Shown here: one piece after another, positions 31,613 through 42,145 of the stretch | Position numbering within the stretch: the stretch's first letter is position 1 | Layout of the letters: the number at the start of each line of letters is the position of its first letter | Assembly (NCBI GenBank): GCA_963817385.1 | Contig: CAWFOM010000005.1 | Location: forward strand, 288,001 to 352,000 | Direction: 5' to 3' | DNA length: 64,000 nt | DNA from: an uncultured delta proteobacterium | Lineage (GTDB): Bacteria > Desulfobacterota > Syntrophia > Syntrophales > UBA5619 | Translations under genes and position numbers: made by a program | The notes under the pieces: model-generated | The model's input: only the letters and a program-made list of their open reading frames with translations | Told to the model about the DNA's origin: nothing | Database searches by the model: none

Positions 31613-32140
31613 TCAGAGTTTCCGGATGCGGGCCAAGGCGGCCCGTTGCTGTTTGGAGAGCCGCCGGGAGGGGCCCTTTCTTTTCCCGCCGGGCCGTTCG
31701 TCATCCTCGTCCGCGTTCTCCGTGCCGGAGGCGTCCGCAGGGAACGATCCGGCGGTGCTCCGTTCGAGTCGTTCATCGAACTGGGTGGAGGCGATGGAGG
31801 TCTTCCCGCGGCGGGCGGCAAAGGTGACGATCTCCCGATCGGAGGTGACGACCATGATCTCCTCGCTTGCCGTCTGGAGCAGCCGCTTGATCACTTCGTC
31901 GGCCTTCTCTCCGAGGCGGGAATAGATGATCTCCACGCCGCCCGCACGGTCCCGCTCCTCGGTGGGCGAGCCGCCCTCCCAGCCATCGAAGACCACTGTG
32001 ATCCGGTGCCCGCGGAGCTTCCGATAATCGGCGAGGCTCCGCACGAGCGCCCGTCGCCCCTCTTCGAGGCTGATCCGTTCATATCTCCTCAGGGCATCCG
32101 ATTGACGGATCAGATTGTAGCCGTCCACGATGATGTGCAT
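31613..32140 (-). CDS. NYN domain (YacP/Rae1-like) protein
   Basis: IIVDGYNLI, VVFDG, ADEVI, VVTSDREI. Confidence 0.9.
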   Translation of the reverse strand: MHIIVDGYNLIRQSDALRRYERISLEEGRRALVRSLADYRKLRGHRITVVFDGWEGGSPTEERDRAGGVEIIYSRLGEKADEVIKRLLQTASEEIMVVTSDREIVTFAARRGKTSIASTQFDERLERSTAGSFPADASGTENADEDDERPGGKRKGPSRRLSKQQRAALARIRKL

Positions 32141-32399
32141 GGAGACGTTCTCCGCGTCTTTTGAGAAACAACCGTTTTGCAGGAAGTCATTGCCGACATG
32201 TCCCGAATATGCTATACGTTTCTCCACACTATATCAAACCGGGTTTCAATTTAACATCGAAAATGCGCAGGTGCAGGCCTGCGTTCTCTCAAGGGAAGTG
32301 GCGGCATGACAGTGGTTGTCGGATGAGGATGGGGTGCGCCCCCTGACGGGTCTGACCGCTGTCGGACGGTTTTCTCAGACGAAGGGAGGGGGAAAAACC

Positions 32400-33542
32400 A
32401 TGGATTTTGAGTTGACCGAGGAACAGAAGATGTTAAAGGAGATGGCGTACCGCTTCGCCCGGGCTAATTTCACCGCCCTGTCACAGGAATGCGACGAGAA
32501 AGAAAAGTACACGGCGGAGATCCGGACGAAGGCGGCTGCCCAGGGGCTTGTCGGCGCGTGGGTTCCCGAGGAGTATGGCGGCGCCGGAGCGGGCTGCCTG
32601 GGGAACGCAATTATCACCGAAGAGCTCTCGAAGGTGGACATGGGAATCTGCCTGAACGTCACGGCGGCGACCTTCGGCTGCGAGGCGATCCTCCAGTACG
32701 GCACCGAGGAGCAGAAGAAGACCTGGCTCCCGCCCGTCTGCAGCGGCGAGCGGGTAAGCGCCGGGGCCTTCACTGAGCCCAACGCCGGGACCGACGTCGC
32801 CGGCTACAAGACGCGGGCGGTAAAGGACGGGAGCGACTACGTGATCAACGGCAGCAAGACGTTCATCACCAACGGGACCGTCTGCGACTTCATGGTGACA
32901 CAGTGCATCACGAATCCCGAAGAGAAGAAGCACAACAGCTTCAGCCTGATCATCATCCCGGCGGACGCGAAGGGGGTGACCCGGAACAAGATCCACGGGA
33001 AGCTGGGGATCCGCGCGAGCGACACGGCGGAGATCGCCCTCGAGGATGTCCGAGTGCCTCAGGCCAACCTCGTCGGTAAAGAGGGCCATGGTTTCCGCGA
33101 GCTCATGCACTTCTTCGACACGACGCGCGTCATGGTCGCCGCCCAGGCCCTCGGCCTCTCGGAGGCCTGCCTCGAAACCAGCATCAAGTACGTCAAGGAG
33201 CGGACCGCCTTCGGGCAGCCGCTGGGCGCCTATCAGCTCACCCAGATGAAGCTCACCGAGATGGCGATCCGGATCGAGGCCCTCCGGGGTCTGGTTCTCA
33301 AGTCGGCCTGGCTGATTGATCAAGGGCGTCCCGACTACACGCTCGCGGCGATGGCGAAGTTCTTCGGCGGGCAGACCGCCGTCTTCTGCGCCAACTACGC
33401 CGTGGAGCTCCACGGGGGGTACGGGTACATCGAGGAGTACCCCGTCCAGAAGTGGTACCGCGACGCCAAGATCCTCGAACTCTACGAGGGGACGAAGGAA
33501 GCGGAGATCATGACCATCGGGCGGTATCTCCAGGCGAGGTAA
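32400..33542 (+). CDS. Acyl-CoA dehydrogenase
   Basis: FTEPNAGTD, NGSKTFITNG, HGGYGY, LYEGT. Confidence 0.95.
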   Translation: MDFELTEEQKMLKEMAYRFARANFTALSQECDEKEKYTAEIRTKAAAQGLVGAWVPEEYGGAGAGCLGNAIITEELSKVDMGICLNVTAATFGCEAILQYGTEEQKKTWLPPVCSGERVSAGAFTEPNAGTDVAGYKTRAVKDGSDYVINGSKTFITNGTVCDFMVTQCITNPEEKKHNSFSLIIIPADAKGVTRNKIHGKLGIRASDTAEIALEDVRVPQANLVGKEGHGFRELMHFFDTTRVMVAAQALGLSEACLETSIKYVKERTAFGQPLGAYQLTQMKLTEMAIRIEALRGLVLKSAWLIDQGRPDYTLAAMAKFFGGQTAVFCANYAVELHGGYGYIEEYPVQKWYRDAKILELYEGTKEAEIMTIGRYLQAR

Positions 33543-33566
33543 CCGGGGCGAAAAAGGAGGCCATTT

Positions 33567-34604
33567 GTGAAGACGCGCATCACCGAGCTGTTCGGCATCA
33601 AGCATCCCATCATCCTCTCGGGCATGAGCTGGATCAGCGTGCCCCGGATGGTGGCGGCCGTTTCCAACGCGGGCGGTCTCGGGATCCTGGCGACCGGGCC
33701 GCTCGACGCGGACCGGACGCGGCAGGCGATCCGGGAGATCCGGAGCCTGACCGACAAGCCCTTCGGGGCCAACGCCACCCTGCTGTTTCCGGGGGCCGCC
33801 GAGAACGCGAAGGTCCTGCTGGAGGAGAAGGTGCCGGTGATCAACTTCGCCCTGGGGAAGGGCGATTGGATCGTGAAGGCGGCCCACGAATACGGCGGGA
33901 AGGTGATTGCCACTGTGGTCAACGCCCGGCACGCGAAGCGCGCCCAGGATTACGGGGCGGACGGCGTGATTGCGACCGGCCACGAGGCGGCCGCCCACGG
34001 GGAGGAGATCACCTCCTTCGTCCTCATCCCCAGCCTCGCGGACGTCCTCGATATACCGGTGATCGCCGCGGGCGGCATCGCCGACGGGAGGGGCTTGGCG
34101 GCGGCCCTGGCCCTCGGCGCGGAAGGGGTGGCGATGGGGAGCCGCTTCATGACGACGAAGGAGAGCCCGCTGCATGCCTCGTTCAAGAAACTCTCCCTCG
34201 AGAAAGGGGTCACCGACACCCTCTACTCTCCCCGCTTTGACGGGATCTCCTGCCGGGTGATGAAGACCGATACGGCCGCGCGGGCGATCCGGCGCGGGCT
34301 GGACCTCACGGCGGCCTTCTTCAACTCCCGGGAGATCGCCGCTCAGCTCCACATGCCCTACCTGAAGCTCTGCATCGGCGTCCTGGCCTCCGGCTGGAAG
34401 AACACCCGGCAGCTTGCCTACATGGCCAACGGCTTCAAGGCGATCCGCCTCGCCACCGAGGAGGGCGACCAGGAGCGGGGCGTCCTCCCCGTGGGGCAGG
34501 CGGTGGGGCTCCTCCACGACGAGCCGACGGTGGCCGAGGTGATCACCCGGATCGTCGCCGAGGCCGGGCAGGTCAGGGAGAAGATGGCCGGTCAGCTCGC
34601 CTGA
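33567..34604 (+). CDS. Nitronate monooxygenase/FabK-like flavoenzyme
   Basis: AAVSNAGGLG, GHEAAAH, IAAGGIADGRG. Confidence 0.88.
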   Translation: MKTRITELFGIKHPIILSGMSWISVPRMVAAVSNAGGLGILATGPLDADRTRQAIREIRSLTDKPFGANATLLFPGAAENAKVLLEEKVPVINFALGKGDWIVKAAHEYGGKVIATVVNARHAKRAQDYGADGVIATGHEAAAHGEEITSFVLIPSLADVLDIPVIAAGGIADGRGLAAALALGAEGVAMGSRFMTTKESPLHASFKKLSLEKGVTDTLYSPRFDGISCRVMKTDTAARAIRRGLDLTAAFFNSREIAAQLHMPYLKLCIGVLASGWKNTRQLAYMANGFKAIRLATEEGDQERGVLPVGQAVGLLHDEPTVAEVITRIVAEAGQVREKMAGQLA

Positions 34605-34605
34605 C

Positions 34606-35872
34606 CTACCACCCCTTGGTCCACATCTCGTCGTCCTCGTAGACCTTCTCGTCGTTCTGGGCGGCCTCCTCGGCGTCCGCCTCGATCATCCGGCCCGGGT
34701 TCGGGTCCTTGAGGAGTTCGCGGTAGTACTCGTGCTGGATGAGGAGGTTCATGACGTCGTTCGTGCCCGTCCAGATCTGGATGAGGCGGGTGTCGCGGAT
34801 CATCTTCTCGATGGGGAAGACGTTCGTGTAGCCGATGCCGCCCACCACCTGCATGGCGAGGTTGCAGACGCTCCAGGCGGTGTCCGTCGCGAACTTCTTC
34901 GCCTCGCTGACGAGCCGCCGGGCGGCGGGAAGATCCGCGTCGACGCTTTTCCCCGCGGCGATGGTCAGCGCCCGGGCGGCGTCGAGGGCGGTGATCGCGT
35001 CGGCCACCTTGAAGCTCACCCCCTCGAAGTTCCGGATCTTCTGCCCGAAGGCCTTCCGCCGGTCGGAGTAGCGGGCGGCGACCTCGAGCGCGGCCCGGGC
35101 CATCCCGAGGGAGCCGCCGGCCGAGGTGAGCCGCTCCGGGACCATCATCGTGTCGAAGATGAGCGCCCCCTGGTTGAGCCCGCCGATGAGGTTCGCCTCC
35201 GGGACCTTCACGTCCCGGAAGATCAGCCTCCCCGTCCCGCCGCCCCGCGTCCCGAGGAGCTTGTAGAGGTACTTGACCTCGACGCCGGGCCGGTCCTTCT
35301 CGATCAGGATGAGGCTGATCCGTTCATGGGGTTTCCCCTCCGGGTCCGTATTGCAGTAGACGATGAAGAAGTCCGCCCCGTCGGCGGCGACGACGAACCG
35401 CTTCTGCCCCTTCACCGTGAACCAGCCGTCCTTCAGCTCCGCCCGGGTCGTGGCGCCGAAGAAATCGGAGCCCCCCCGGGGCTCGGTGAGGGCCTCGGCG
35501 GAGATCAGATCCCCCTTCAGGAGCGGCTTGAGGAACTTCTCTTTCTGCTCTTCCGTTCCGAAGGAGTGAAGGGCCTGGCCGACGATCGAGGGCATGGAGA
35601 AGGCGCAGCCGAGCGCCGTTCCCAGGACCCCCACCTCTTCGAGGGCGGCGATCTCGGCGCTCCAGGGGAGTGCCGCGGCCGCCGTATTTTGCGGGGAAGC
35701 GCAGGCCGAGGAGATTCCGGTCTCCCAGGGCCTTGACGAATTCGCGGGGATAGGTGATCTCGTCCCGGTCCATCTTTCTGATCAGGTCGGACGATACCTC
35801 GTGTTTGACAAACTCCCGGACCTCCCGTTTCAAGGCGATCTCTTCCGGCGAAAGAAGAATGTCCTGCAGCAT
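34606..35872 (-). CDS. Acyl-CoA dehydrogenase (frameshift near 35665)
   Basis: ORFs 35324..35872 and 34606..35634 join; [19 protein letters not shown]. Confidence 0.9.
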
Positions 35873-36092
35873 ATCCTGTTCCCTCCTCTCTTTTTTCCGG
35901 TCATGCCGAACCGGGAGACGGCCGGGGTGGTTAGACAGGCTCTCTCCGACGGCTGACGCCGGTGATTCCCTGGTGCGGTGTCGCGTCGTTTCCCTGCCGA
36001 TTCCTGCCGGAAGGACGCACAGACGCGTTACCGCCCGGCAGCAGAGGAGATCCTGAAGATGATCGATCGTGCGGGGGAACGCCCCGGTGTTT

Positions 36093-36764
36093 TCAGACGG
36101 TGACGGCGGGTGCGGTGAGAAGGGCCTTCATCGCCCGGATCGTTTCGGCATAGTTGCCGCTTTCAAAGACGGAGGCGCCCGCGACCAGGATGTCCGCCCC
36201 GGCGTCGGCGATGGAGCGGATGTTTTTCAGCGTCACGCCGCCGTCCACCTCCAGGAGGACCTCCGGGGCGATCTCCCGGATCATCCGTTTGGCCTGCGCG
36301 ATCTTCGGGAGCATCCCCCCGATGAACTTCTGCCCCCCGAAGCCGGGGTTGACGGTCATGATGAGCAGAAGATCGATATCGGGAAGGATCGGCTCCACCA
36401 GGCAGAGCGGCGTCGCCGGGTTGATCGAGACGCCCGGCCGGATGCCCCGCTCGCGGATCATGGCGATCGTCCGGTGGAGATGGACCGCGGCCTCCACGTG
36501 GATCGTGATCCGGTCGCTCCCCGCCTTCGCGAAGACTTCGATGTACCGCTCGGGATTTTCGATCATCAGGTGGACGTCGAAGGGGAGGCGCGTCGTCTTC
36601 CGGAGGGAGGCGATGAGCCCCGGTCCGATGGTGAGGTTGGGGACGAAATGGCCGTCCATGACGTCGATATGGATCATGTCCGCCCCGGCCGCCTCGACGG
36701 CCGCGATCTCTTCGCCGAGACGGCTCCCGTCCGCCGACAGGATGGATGGTGCGATCTTTTGCAT
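36093..36764 (-). CDS. rpe: Ribulose-phosphate 3-epimerase
   Basis: IAPSILS, HIDVMDGHFVPN, MTVNPGFGGQ, EVDGG. Confidence 0.97.
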   Translation of the reverse strand: MQKIAPSILSADGSRLGEEIAAVEAAGADMIHIDVMDGHFVPNLTIGPGLIASLRKTTRLPFDVHLMIENPERYIEVFAKAGSDRITIHVEAAVHLHRTIAMIRERGIRPGVSINPATPLCLVEPILPDIDLLLIMTVNPGFGGQKFIGGMLPKIAQAKRMIREIAPEVLLEVDGGVTLKNIRSIADAGADILVAGASVFESGNYAETIRAMKALLTAPAVTV

Positions 36765-36767
36765 GGC

Positions 36768-37243
36768 CTATTTCTCCAAAGCCTTGATGGCCTTCAGCTC
36801 AGCTTCTGTAATGTCTTTTTTCCGTTTCAGGGTCCAACCGCCGATCCAATCCTTGATCACTTTCAGATTCGCCGCCACTTTCCGGCTTCCGTTCCGCCCA
36901 GATAGTTGTACATGTTTCCCGGCTTGCCGTCCTTGGTACTCTTACCGTCGTCAAGCCTCCTCATCAGGGCGCCGGTATCCGATCCGTTAACCACGACCAT
37001 GAGGTTTGCGTAGGTATCCATTCTGGGACCTTTCATCGCTTTCTTGAATCCTGCCTCGTCCTTTTTAAACGCCTCCATGGTCGGCGCATCGCTGCCGTGA
37101 CAGGACAGGCAGTGCTCGGAAATGATCTTCTTTACGTCCTTCTCGTATGTTACCTCACCTTTTCCCGCCGCAATGGCAGCCCCGGCAGTGAATACCGTCC
37201 AAAAAACAACTCCCCCAACCACTTTCAACATTTTTCCCGACAT
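36768..37243 (-). CDS. Periplasmic monoheme cytochrome c (frameshift near 36885)
   Basis: Signal peptide, CLSCH; shifted frame continues NLKVIKDWIGGW to TAG just before rpe. Confidence 0.78.
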
Positions 37244-37490
37244 TTTCTTGCTCCCTTCTTTTTTTGTTTACCCGGTCCTCGTCCGGGAGAAGATCATCCC
37301 TCCCGGAATTCGAAAAGAACCGGCTGTTCCGATGGAGCTATATACGATGGGCGTCCTGTGAGTCAATGGAATAATGGCGCGTCTCCCGATCGGGAAAAGC
37401 CCGATCCCGCCTTTCACTTGCCGACTTCCACGGGCCGTGGTATGGGAGTAGGCAAAGGCCGGATTCGCTATCCGTGCGAGGTTATGGTTC

Positions 37491-38957
37491 ATGTGGTCGG
37501 GAATCTACAATGCGCTGCTTATTGCTTCCGCCGTCTTTGCCGTCCCCTACTATGGGGCGCGGATGCTCCTGACGGGGAAGTACCGGAAGAGCCTCCGTCC
37601 CCAAGCTCGGCATTCTTCCGCCGGAAACTCGCTTTCCCGCATGGAGGGTGCGCCGCGGATCTGGATCCATGCGGTGTCGGTCGGGGAGGTGACGGCGGCC
37701 GCCCCGATCGTGACGGCGCTCCGCGCCCGCCTCCCCGGGGCCTGCATCGTCCTTTCGACGAGTACGGAGACGGGCCAGGAGATGGCCCGGAAGATCTGTC
37801 CCGCGGCGAGCGCCCATATCTATTATCCCCTCGACATCCCCCGGGTCGTCCGGAGCGTGATCGCGCGGGTGAACCCCGACATCTTCGTCCCCGTCGAGAC
37901 GGAACTCTGGCCCAATTTCATCCGGACCTGCCGGAAACGGGGGACGCGGATCGTCATGGCGAACGGCCGGATCTCCCCCCGCTCCTTCAGCCGTTACCGC
38001 CGGACGAGGTTCTTCTGGAAAGGGGTCCTCTCGGCCGTCGCCGAGGCCGGCGTGATCTCGCAGACGGACAAGGAGAGGCTTTCGGCCATCGGCCTGCCCG
38101 CCGAACGGATTCATCTCCTCGGAAACGCCAAGTACGACGGCCTCGCCTCCCGGGTCTCTCCCGGTATCGAGAGGGAGATCGCCGGCCGCGTGGGGATCGC
38201 GCCGGGGGAGCGGGTGCTGGTTGCGGGGAGCACGCACGAGGGGGAGGAGACGCTCATCCTGGAGGTCTACCGGAAACTCCTGGAGGAGTGGCCGGACTGC
38301 AAACTGATCCTCATCCCCCGCCACATCGAACGGGGGCCGGCCGTCGCGGAGCTGGTCCGTCAGGCGGGATTTGCCGACTGCATCCTGATGTCGGAGATCC
38401 GGGCCGGCCGCAGCCGTCGGGAGGAGCGGGTTCTTGTCGTGGATGTCATCGGCGAGCTCTTCAAGATCTACAGCCTCGCCACGGTCGTCTACTGCGGGGG
38501 GAGTCTCGTGCCGAAGGGAGGCCAGAATATCCTTGAGGCCGCCGCCTGGGGGAAGGTCGTCTTTCACGGGCCGCACATGGATGATTTTCAGGATGAGCGG
38601 GCCCTTCTCGAGGAGGCGGGGGCGGGGATCACCGTCCACGGCGCCGAGGAGCTCTTCACCGGAATCAGGGAGCTTTTCGAGAGCCCCGATCTCCTCCGGG
38701 CAAAGGGGGATGCGGGACGCCGGGCCGTGGCGGCGAACAAGGGCGCCGCGGAGCGCTACGCCGATCTGATTATCGGAGGTCCTGTCACGACCCCTCGCAG
38801 GCTGTTGAAAAACGCTCATCTGCTGCAGTTGCGCTGCAAACCTCATCGCTCGACGTATTACACTATACGCCTCGCTCTTCGGTTCTTGCGCGCCTTGCAT
38901 CTGACCATTTTTGAACAGCCTGCAAAACAGATCGTTATCAGGCTTCCGCCCGTCTGA
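37491..38957 (+). CDS. waaA: 3-deoxy-D-manno-octulosonate transferase; C-terminus runs through a MITE-like element
   Basis: WIHAVSVGE, ETELWPN, AGSTHEGEE, PRHIER, GGQNILE. Confidence 0.93.
   Translation: MWSGIYNALLIASAVFAVPYYGARMLLTGKYRKSLRPQARHSSAGNSLSRMEGAPRIWIHAVSVGEVTAAAPIVTALRARLPGACIVLSTSTETGQEMARKICPAASAHIYYPLDIPRVVRSVIARVNPDIFVPVETELWPNFIRTCRKRGTRIVMANGRISPRSFSRYRRTRFFWKGVLSAVAEAGVISQTDKERLSAIGLPAERIHLLGNAKYDGLASRVSPGIEREIAGRVGIAPGERVLVAGSTHEGEETLILEVYRKLLEEWPDCKLILIPRHIERGPAVAELVRQAGFADCILMSEIRAGRSRREERVLVVDVIGELFKIYSLATVVYCGGSLVPKGGQNILEAAAWGKVVFHGPHMDDFQDERALLEEAGAGITVHGAEELFTGIRELFESPDLLRAKGDAGRRAVAANKGAAERYADLIIGGPVTTPRRLLKNAHLLQLRCKPHRSTYYTIRLALRFLRALHLTIFEQPAKQIVIRLPPV
38797..38923. 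mobile_element. 127-bp MITE/REP-like element with 16-bp terminal inverted repeats
   Basis: GCAGGCTGTTGAAAAA ... TTTTTGAACAGCCTGC (15/16 complementary). Confidence 0.7.
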
Positions 38958-39837
38958 GGTACTCATTCCACTTGCTGTCGACCGACCGCTGGAGCTTGCC
39001 CAACTGCTCCAGGCTCATCTTCTTGAAGCGCCCCTGCCGCTCCACGAAATGGATCACCGGGGCGCGGTTTCCCTTCTCGGCGAGGGTCTTGCTCCGGCCG
39101 GTGAAGCGGAACTTCCCGTTTTCGATCTCGTAGAGGACGAAGATCCCCGTTTCGACGGCAAGGCGGCCGATCTTGACCGTGTCCCGGGGCGGGAAGACCC
39201 AGCCGGGCGGGCAGGGGGTCGCGATCTGGAGGTAGCGGGTCCCCTTGATCCTCTTGGCCTTGACGAACTTGTCGTAGAGGTCGATGGGGAACGAGGGGGA
39301 GGTGGTCGCCAGGTAGGGGATGTCGTGGGCCTCCATGATCTTCATCATGTCCTTCTTATTCTGCTGTTTGGTGAGGATCGGGGTCGTCGTCGTCAGCGCC
39401 CCCATGGGGGTGGCGCTGGAGCGCTGCGTCCCCGTGTTCATGTACCCCTCGTTGTCGTAGCAGACGAAGATGAAGTCGGTTCCCCGCTCGGCGGCGCCGG
39501 AGAGGGCCTGGATGCCGATGTCGAACGTCCCCCCGTCGCCGGCGATGGCGACGACCGTGATGTCGCTCCGGTTCAGGGCCGAAAGCCCCGCCACGATCCC
39601 CGATGCCGACGCCGCCGTGCTGGCGAAGGTGCAGTTCAGGCACGGGATGCCGACGGACGTGATCGGGTAGAGGCCGTGGAGGACCGTCAGGCAGCTCGCG
39701 GGGAGGGTGAGGATCGTGTTCTCCCGGAGCGCCTTGAGGACATAGCGGTAGGCCAGCGAGAGTCCGCAGCCCGAGCAGGCGCGGTTTCCCGGCAGCATGT
39801 ATTCTTCCTTGTTCACCTTGAAGAGTTTCTCTGGCAT
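38938..39837 (-). CDS. porB: 2-oxoacid:ferredoxin oxidoreductase beta subunit
   Basis: ACSGCG, TPP motif GDGG...DNEGYMNTG, PCP. Confidence 0.92.
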   Translation of the reverse strand: MPEKLFKVNKEEYMLPGNRACSGCGLSLAYRYVLKALRENTILTLPASCLTVLHGLYPITSVGIPCLNCTFASTAASASGIVAGLSALNRSDITVVAIAGDGGTFDIGIQALSGAAERGTDFIFVCYDNEGYMNTGTQRSSATPMGALTTTTPILTKQQNKKDMMKIMEAHDIPYLATTSPSFPIDLYDKFVKAKRIKGTRYLQIATPCPPGWVFPPRDTVKIGRLAVETGIFVLYEIENGKFRFTGRSKTLAEKGNRAPVIHFVERQGRFKKMSLEQLGKLQRSVDSKWNEYLRRAEA

Positions 39838-39838
39838 G

Positions 39839-41047
39839 TTATGACTCCGTCACGCAGTTAAGCCATGTCTGCCGTTCCCTGTTCCCCGACGCGATCGCCG
39901 CGAGGGAGGCGCGGGTGGCCTCGACGAGCTCTCTGGCCTTGACATCGCGGCCGCCGAGACCGGCGATATAATTATGGATCGGCGTATCGATGCCGGTTCC
40001 GTAGAGGGCGGCCTTGATGTCGGCCGAGAGCGCCCCCTCGTAGCCGTAGCTGATGTTCTTCTCGAAGACGACGATCGCCGGGGTTGTTCGGAGGGCCTCG
40101 CGGATCTCCTCGCGGGGGAAGGGGCGGTAGACGCGGACACCGACGACGCCGGCCCGGATTCCCTCCTCGCGGAGGATGTCCGCCGCCATCGTCGCCTCCG
40201 TGGCGATGGAGCCCATGGCGGTGATGAGGACCTCGGCGTCGTCCGCCCGGTAGCTCCAGAGCATTCCGCCGTGGTCGCGGCCGAAGAGCTCTGCGTATTC
40301 ACGACACGTTTCTATGATTACCTCCCTCGATCCTTCCAGGGCGTGCTGGAGTTTCCAGCGCATGTCCATGTAGCCGTCCCGGAGGATGCCCTCTGCATCC
40401 CGCCGCTGCCAGGGGAAGATGACCGGGTTGATGTTCCGGGGGTCTTCCGGGGAGAGGATCGTGTGGGGCTTGTAAGGGGGGAGAAACCGGCAGACCTGTT
40501 CGGCGTCGGGGACGTCGACGGGCATCATCGTGTGGGAGAGGACAAAGCCGTCGTAGCAGACCATGACGGGGCAGTAGACCTGCTCGGCTATCCGGTAGGC
40601 CTGGATCACGGAATCCAGGATCTCCTGGTTGTCGCGGCAGTAGATCTGGATCCATCCGGTATCCCGCTGAGCGATGGAGTCCTGCTGGTCGTTGAAGATC
40701 GACCAGGGGGCGCCGACGCCGCGGTTCACACAGCAAAGGACGATGGGGAGGCGGGAGCCCGCCGCCCAGTGGAGCTGTTCGTGCATGTAGAGGAGCCCGT
40801 GCGAAGAGGTCGAGGTGAAGACCCGGGCGCCGACGGTGGAGGCGGAGACGCAGACCGTCATGACCGAATGCTCGCTCTCGACCCGGACGTACTCCGCCTT
40901 CAGCTCGCCCTTCTCGACCCAGTTGGCGATCGTTTCGGTCACGGAGGTCGAGGGGGTGATGGGATAGGCGGAGACGACCTGGACCTTGCAGAGCTTCGCC
41001 CCGTAAGCGGCGGCCGAATTACCGGTCATGATCTGGACGTCGCTCAT
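39839..41047 (-). CDS. porA: 2-oxoacid:ferredoxin oxidoreductase alpha subunit
   Basis: AYPITP, VESEH, TSSHGL, DGFVLSH, GLGGRD. Confidence 0.92.
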   Translation of the reverse strand: MSDVQIMTGNSAAAYGAKLCKVQVVSAYPITPSTSVTETIANWVEKGELKAEYVRVESEHSVMTVCVSASTVGARVFTSTSSHGLLYMHEQLHWAAGSRLPIVLCCVNRGVGAPWSIFNDQQDSIAQRDTGWIQIYCRDNQEILDSVIQAYRIAEQVYCPVMVCYDGFVLSHTMMPVDVPDAEQVCRFLPPYKPHTILSPEDPRNINPVIFPWQRRDAEGILRDGYMDMRWKLQHALEGSREVIIETCREYAELFGRDHGGMLWSYRADDAEVLITAMGSIATEATMAADILREEGIRAGVVGVRVYRPFPREEIREALRTTPAIVVFEKNISYGYEGALSADIKAALYGTGIDTPIHNYIAGLGGRDVKARELVEATRASLAAIASGNRERQTWLNCVTES

Positions 41048-41337
41048 TTATGCGCCTCATCGTTCAACACCATCGTAATCGCCTTCGCGGGGCACTCCTC
41101 GGCGCAGATGCCGCATCCCTTGCAGTATTCAAGGTCGATCTTGACGGGAACGCCGGCGGCTACGATCCCTTCCGGGCAGTAGAGCCAGCAGAGATAGCAG
41201 GCCGGCCGGTTCTTGACGGAGGCGATGCACTTCGCAGGGTCGATGACCGGGGTGGCGTCCCGCCAGTCTCCGGTCTTCCCTGCCTCGCCGACGGCCGGTT
41301 TGCACATGGCGGAGATATTGTCGTCTTTGAGTTCCAT
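41044..41337 (-). CDS. porD: 2-oxoacid:ferredoxin oxidoreductase delta (ferredoxin) subunit
   Basis: KTGDWR, CYLCWLYCP, YCKGCGICAEECP. Confidence 0.92.
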   Translation of the reverse strand: MELKDDNISAMCKPAVGEAGKTGDWRDATPVIDPAKCIASVKNRPACYLCWLYCPEGIVAAGVPVKIDLEYCKGCGICAEECPAKAITMVLNDEAHK

Positions 41338-41339
41338 AT

Positions 41340-41916
41340 CTACCCTCTTCCTACCGTTTTGTGGATATTCGTTTCCTCGTATGCGGCCTTAAGCGCCGCG
41401 ATGTTGGTCGCCGCCGCCCCGCCGGAGAGTTTCCATTTGAGTCCCTTCTCCAGGTGTTCGATGGAGACGAGCCCCGAGGCCCGGGAGAAGACCCCGAGCA
41501 TCGGGGCGTTGACCATCGGCGTCCCCTCCTTGATGAGGTGGAAGCGTAGGGCGATCGCGGCCGCATCCGCCGTGGCGATCGGCCAGGCCGTTTGGATTAT
41601 CGATTTCGTCCGCCTTCTGGGCGGTGTTGATGATGAGCCATCCCTTCGGTTTCAGCGTGCCCATGATGTCGACCACCCGGAAGAGCGACGGATCGAGGAC
41701 GACGGCGATGTCGGCCTTTTCGATCTGCGAGAAGGTCCGAATCGGGGTGTCGGAGATCCGCGTGGAGGCCGTCAGCGGCGCCCCGCGACGTTCCGGGCCG
41801 AAGGTCGGGGCCGAAGTGACCCCCTTGAATCCCTGCAGATAGGCTGATTCGGCGAGGATCTGTGCGGCGATGACGACTCCCTGTCCGCCGCGCCCGTGCC
41901 ATATCACTTCGTACAT
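41340..41916 (-). CDS. porC: 2-oxoacid:ferredoxin oxidoreductase gamma subunit (frameshift near 41585)
   Basis: HGRGGQG, FGPERRGAP; shifted frame continues VNAPMLG. Confidence 0.9.
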
Positions 41917-41931
41917 GGTGTTCCCCTCAAC

Positions 41932-41965
41932 AAAAAAGGCCAAGGATCTTCAACCCATGGCCTTT
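41932..41965 (-). terminator. Intrinsic (attenuator) terminator in the OFOR leader
   Basis: AAAGGCCATGGGT-TGAAG-ATCCTTGGCC-TTTTTT ending about 15 nt before the porC ATG. Confidence 0.8.
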
Positions 41966-41991
41966 AGGATGCGCTGGATTTTCCGGGACGA

Positions 41992-42117
41992 TCATCTCCT
42001 GAAAGCGATGGGTGATGGGCTTGGACCCATCCCGAGAAGAGCGAGGCGCAACAGGAGGCCTCGGCGAAGCAAGCCACGATCAATAGAGGCCTTTCTTGAC
42101 GTCCCATCCATTTTCAT
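41992..42117 (-). CDS. Leu-rich leader peptide (41 aa)
   Basis: GGAGG RBS; MKMDGTSRKASIDRGLLRRGLLLRLALLGMGPSPSPIAFRR, 8 Leu in codons 16-28. Confidence 0.72.
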   Translation of the reverse strand: MKMDGTSRKASIDRGLLRRGLLLRLALLGMGPSPSPIAFRR

Positions 42118-42145
42118 AACAACCTCCGATTGCGAAAGCGGCCGG

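Noticed and set aside
32481..34517. 678-aa minus-strand ORF
   Set aside because: Antisense shadow of acyl-CoA dehydrogenase and nitronate monooxygenase in GC-rich DNA
37482..38966. 494-aa minus-strand ORF
   Set aside because: Antisense of waaA
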